A DNA stretch of 64,000 nucleotides, taken from the NCBI GenBank assembly GCA_951406725.2, contig OX597818.1, positions 48,546,001 through 48,610,000 on the forward strand, written 5' to 3'. The position numbers and the translations under genes are program-made. Position 1 is the stretch's first letter, and each line of letters opens with the position of its first letter. Positions 61,541 to 64,000 of the stretch are shown one piece after another. The stretch is from Octopus vulgaris (taxonomy: Eukaryota). Below the pieces are notes generated by a model. That model worked only from the letters and a program-made list of their open reading frames with translations. It was not told the DNA's origin and did no database searches.

Positions 61541-64000
61541 TTAATATCGCAAGTGAATTTGCTATGTTCATACACAGATAATTTCTAAAAGTGCCTTTTG
61601 TCACTATATAACTTAATTGGTTAACTGTTTCTTTGTTAAAAAGAAATTGATTCAGAGATGAGAGATGCAACAGATTTTCATTTGTCTCAGTAAAAGAAAT
61701 GAAACTAAATTATAATTAAAATCTTTGATAATTTAGTTTTAAATAACAAGCTTTCAGTTTTTCTTTACAAATTCCTCTTTTTATTCGCTTCTTTCTGAAT
61801 AGTTTCCCTCCTCTTTACATACTTGTTTTGTATATTTTTGTTTTTGTTTTCTTCTTTCTCTTTAAATTTCATTTCCTTTTATTCAGTACATGTCACTGCC
61901 TCCAACAAAAGCAATTTCTTTTATTGTAATAATTTCTGCTCACAGAATACATGAGATTCTTTAATTTTCAAGAAATATTCTTCCTAAGCTGTCATACTAT
62001 AGTATTAAAAAAAAAATAAAATAAAAGATCCAAGCAAAATTATTTCCAGATGGAAAAAAAATACATCCTTCTCTTTCTCTCTCTCTCTCTCAACACACAC
62101 ACACATGTGAGAGAGAGAGGAAGAAAAATTCCTTTATCATTAAAACCTCTTAGCTATCTTTTTCACTGAATATGTTGAGGATAAATCTAAAAGTACCTCC
62201 TAATCTTATCAAGATAAGACTGTGGACCTTATTGTAAAATAGTTTAAGATGTAAATAGGGACACATTTGATATAATGTGATGAGATGTGCTGACAGCTAG
62301 GGAATATTCATTTGCTTCAGCATTTCATTTATTTAAGTTTTCTTAACTAGTTTAAACCATTGTGTGTTATGGCCACTGGAGAACCACTCTGAAGTTTTAG
62401 AAGTCAGGCCTTTGTCATACAATCTTAGATAGATGTATAGAGTGTGTATGGCTTCCATAAGAATGTCAGAAATTGTTAGGCTTGATATGTGTAAGAAGTG
62501 TAAAGGTTTTAGCTGACTATTGTTGCTTAAAAGAGATGTTGAAGTATGTGATCGTCATCATTATCATCATCATTTAATGTGCACTTTTCCATCCCTGTAC
62601 GGGTCAAGTAGGATTTGTTGAGGCAGATTTTCTACAGTTGGATGCCCTCTCTATTGCCAACCCTCTCCTGTTTCCAAAAAAGGTAATATTTTCCCATGGA
62701 GAGACCTATTTTTCACAGAAGACTGGAAATGGATCAGCATCACTTGAATGATGGTGATGTCAAGACAAGGGTGTACACACACACATATAATGGGCTTCTT
62801 TCAGTTTCTTCCTACTAAATCCACTCAGAAGCCTCTGGTCAGCCTAAGGCTTTAGTAAAAGACTCTTACCTAAAGATGCTGTACAATAAGACTGAACCTG
62901 AATGAAACCACATGGCTGAGAACCATATAACCACACATGCACACACAAACATAGCATCATATTTTTACAGCTGATGGAGAGCTGTAAAATGAAATTTGTG
63001 AGTCCTTATTGTAGACTACCTTAGAGATCAATACATAGATTTGGTAAGAAGTATTGAAATCACTTATCAATTAAAGCTAAGTATAGAAGCTGAGTAAGTG
63101 AGGTGTCTTCAGTGAGACATTAAAAGCATTACTCAGATGTAAAAAAATTTTTTTTTTAAATGTATTTGTTTCTGTTAAAGATTATCATTGCTTATCAGTT
63201 AATATTCTTAAATTTTGTCTTAACCCACATGGCTAAGCTCATGCCGGATCTTGCTTTATTAAGAACTTTTCATTTCAGTTTTTCAAGGATTCACACACGC
63301 TCATACACACATACACCAGTTTCTGTCTACCAAATCCATTCACAAGGGTTTGTTCTGCTTGGAGCCAGAGCAAAAGACACTTGCTCTTGGTGCTACTCAG
63401 TAAGACTGAACCCAAAGCCATGTGCTTGAGAAATAAGCTTCTTAACCACATAACCACTCCTGCGGTTGTACACACACACACACCTCTTAATCATTGTGAT
63501 TTTTGACTTTGGTCTTGTGAGGAAGCTTTCTGTTTACAGAAAGTGGTGTTTAGAATTTTCAAATATTCTTACCTATATTGTTCAAACATCAGAGGAAGCT
63601 GAGATTATTATCAGTTTTCCCAAACACTCCTGAACTGTAAAATATAGTTTGTTCACATTAAATAAATGTTGATTGTTTGGATTCAACAACAAACTAAACT
63701 AAAATAACCTTTTCTTCAGTGCAATTGACTGTAGTAGAGTTTTTTATCATCAGCAACAACAAGTCATGTTCCATTTAAAGTTTTCTTGCGGAGGTGTTCA
63801 AGAGCGTTCAAGGCACTTGTAGTTGGTTTATCATGGAGCTGTTGGGAGGGAGAGGGATGGGAACGGCTACATGGTTTGGAGCAGTTTGTTGCCATTAACT
63901 GATCTCCTCACATTTATAATTACTCTTTTGATTTAAGTATTTTACTTTGCTGTGTAGATTGTTGTTGTTGTTGTTATTGTTATTATTATTTAACCCTGGT

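Overview
AT-rich eukaryotic non-coding DNA (intron or intergenic). The repeat families, microsatellite load and tRNA-derived SINEs suggest a cephalopod, probably Octopus; this is my inference, not a database result. No intact host protein-coding exon can be supported. Nearly all listed ORFs are translations of SINEs or of (TA)n/(TATG)n microsatellites. The window is a nested mosaic of mobile DNA: at least four SINE families, CR1-group and RTE LINE remnants, a decayed IR/DR-type Tc1, a deleted mariner-like element, piggyBac-type (TTAA) and hAT MITEs, and three non-autonomous Helitron families. The most interesting signal is a set of non-coding elements carrying minimal type I hammerhead ribozymes (CUGANGA...GAAA...UH) with Penelope-like fold-back or terminal-repeat architecture. 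These include a TSD-flanked element joining a tRNA-like Pol III promoter to a hammerhead (44039-44386), a 595-bp terminally redundant unit with a canonical GUC hammerhead and a ~70-nt stem II (58045-58677), and a ~720-bp palindrome with a hammerhead in each arm (40662-41380). Also notable are a SINE/LINE pair sharing a 3' stem-loop with compensatory base changes, and Helitrons whose 3' hairpin includes the terminal CTAG on both arms.
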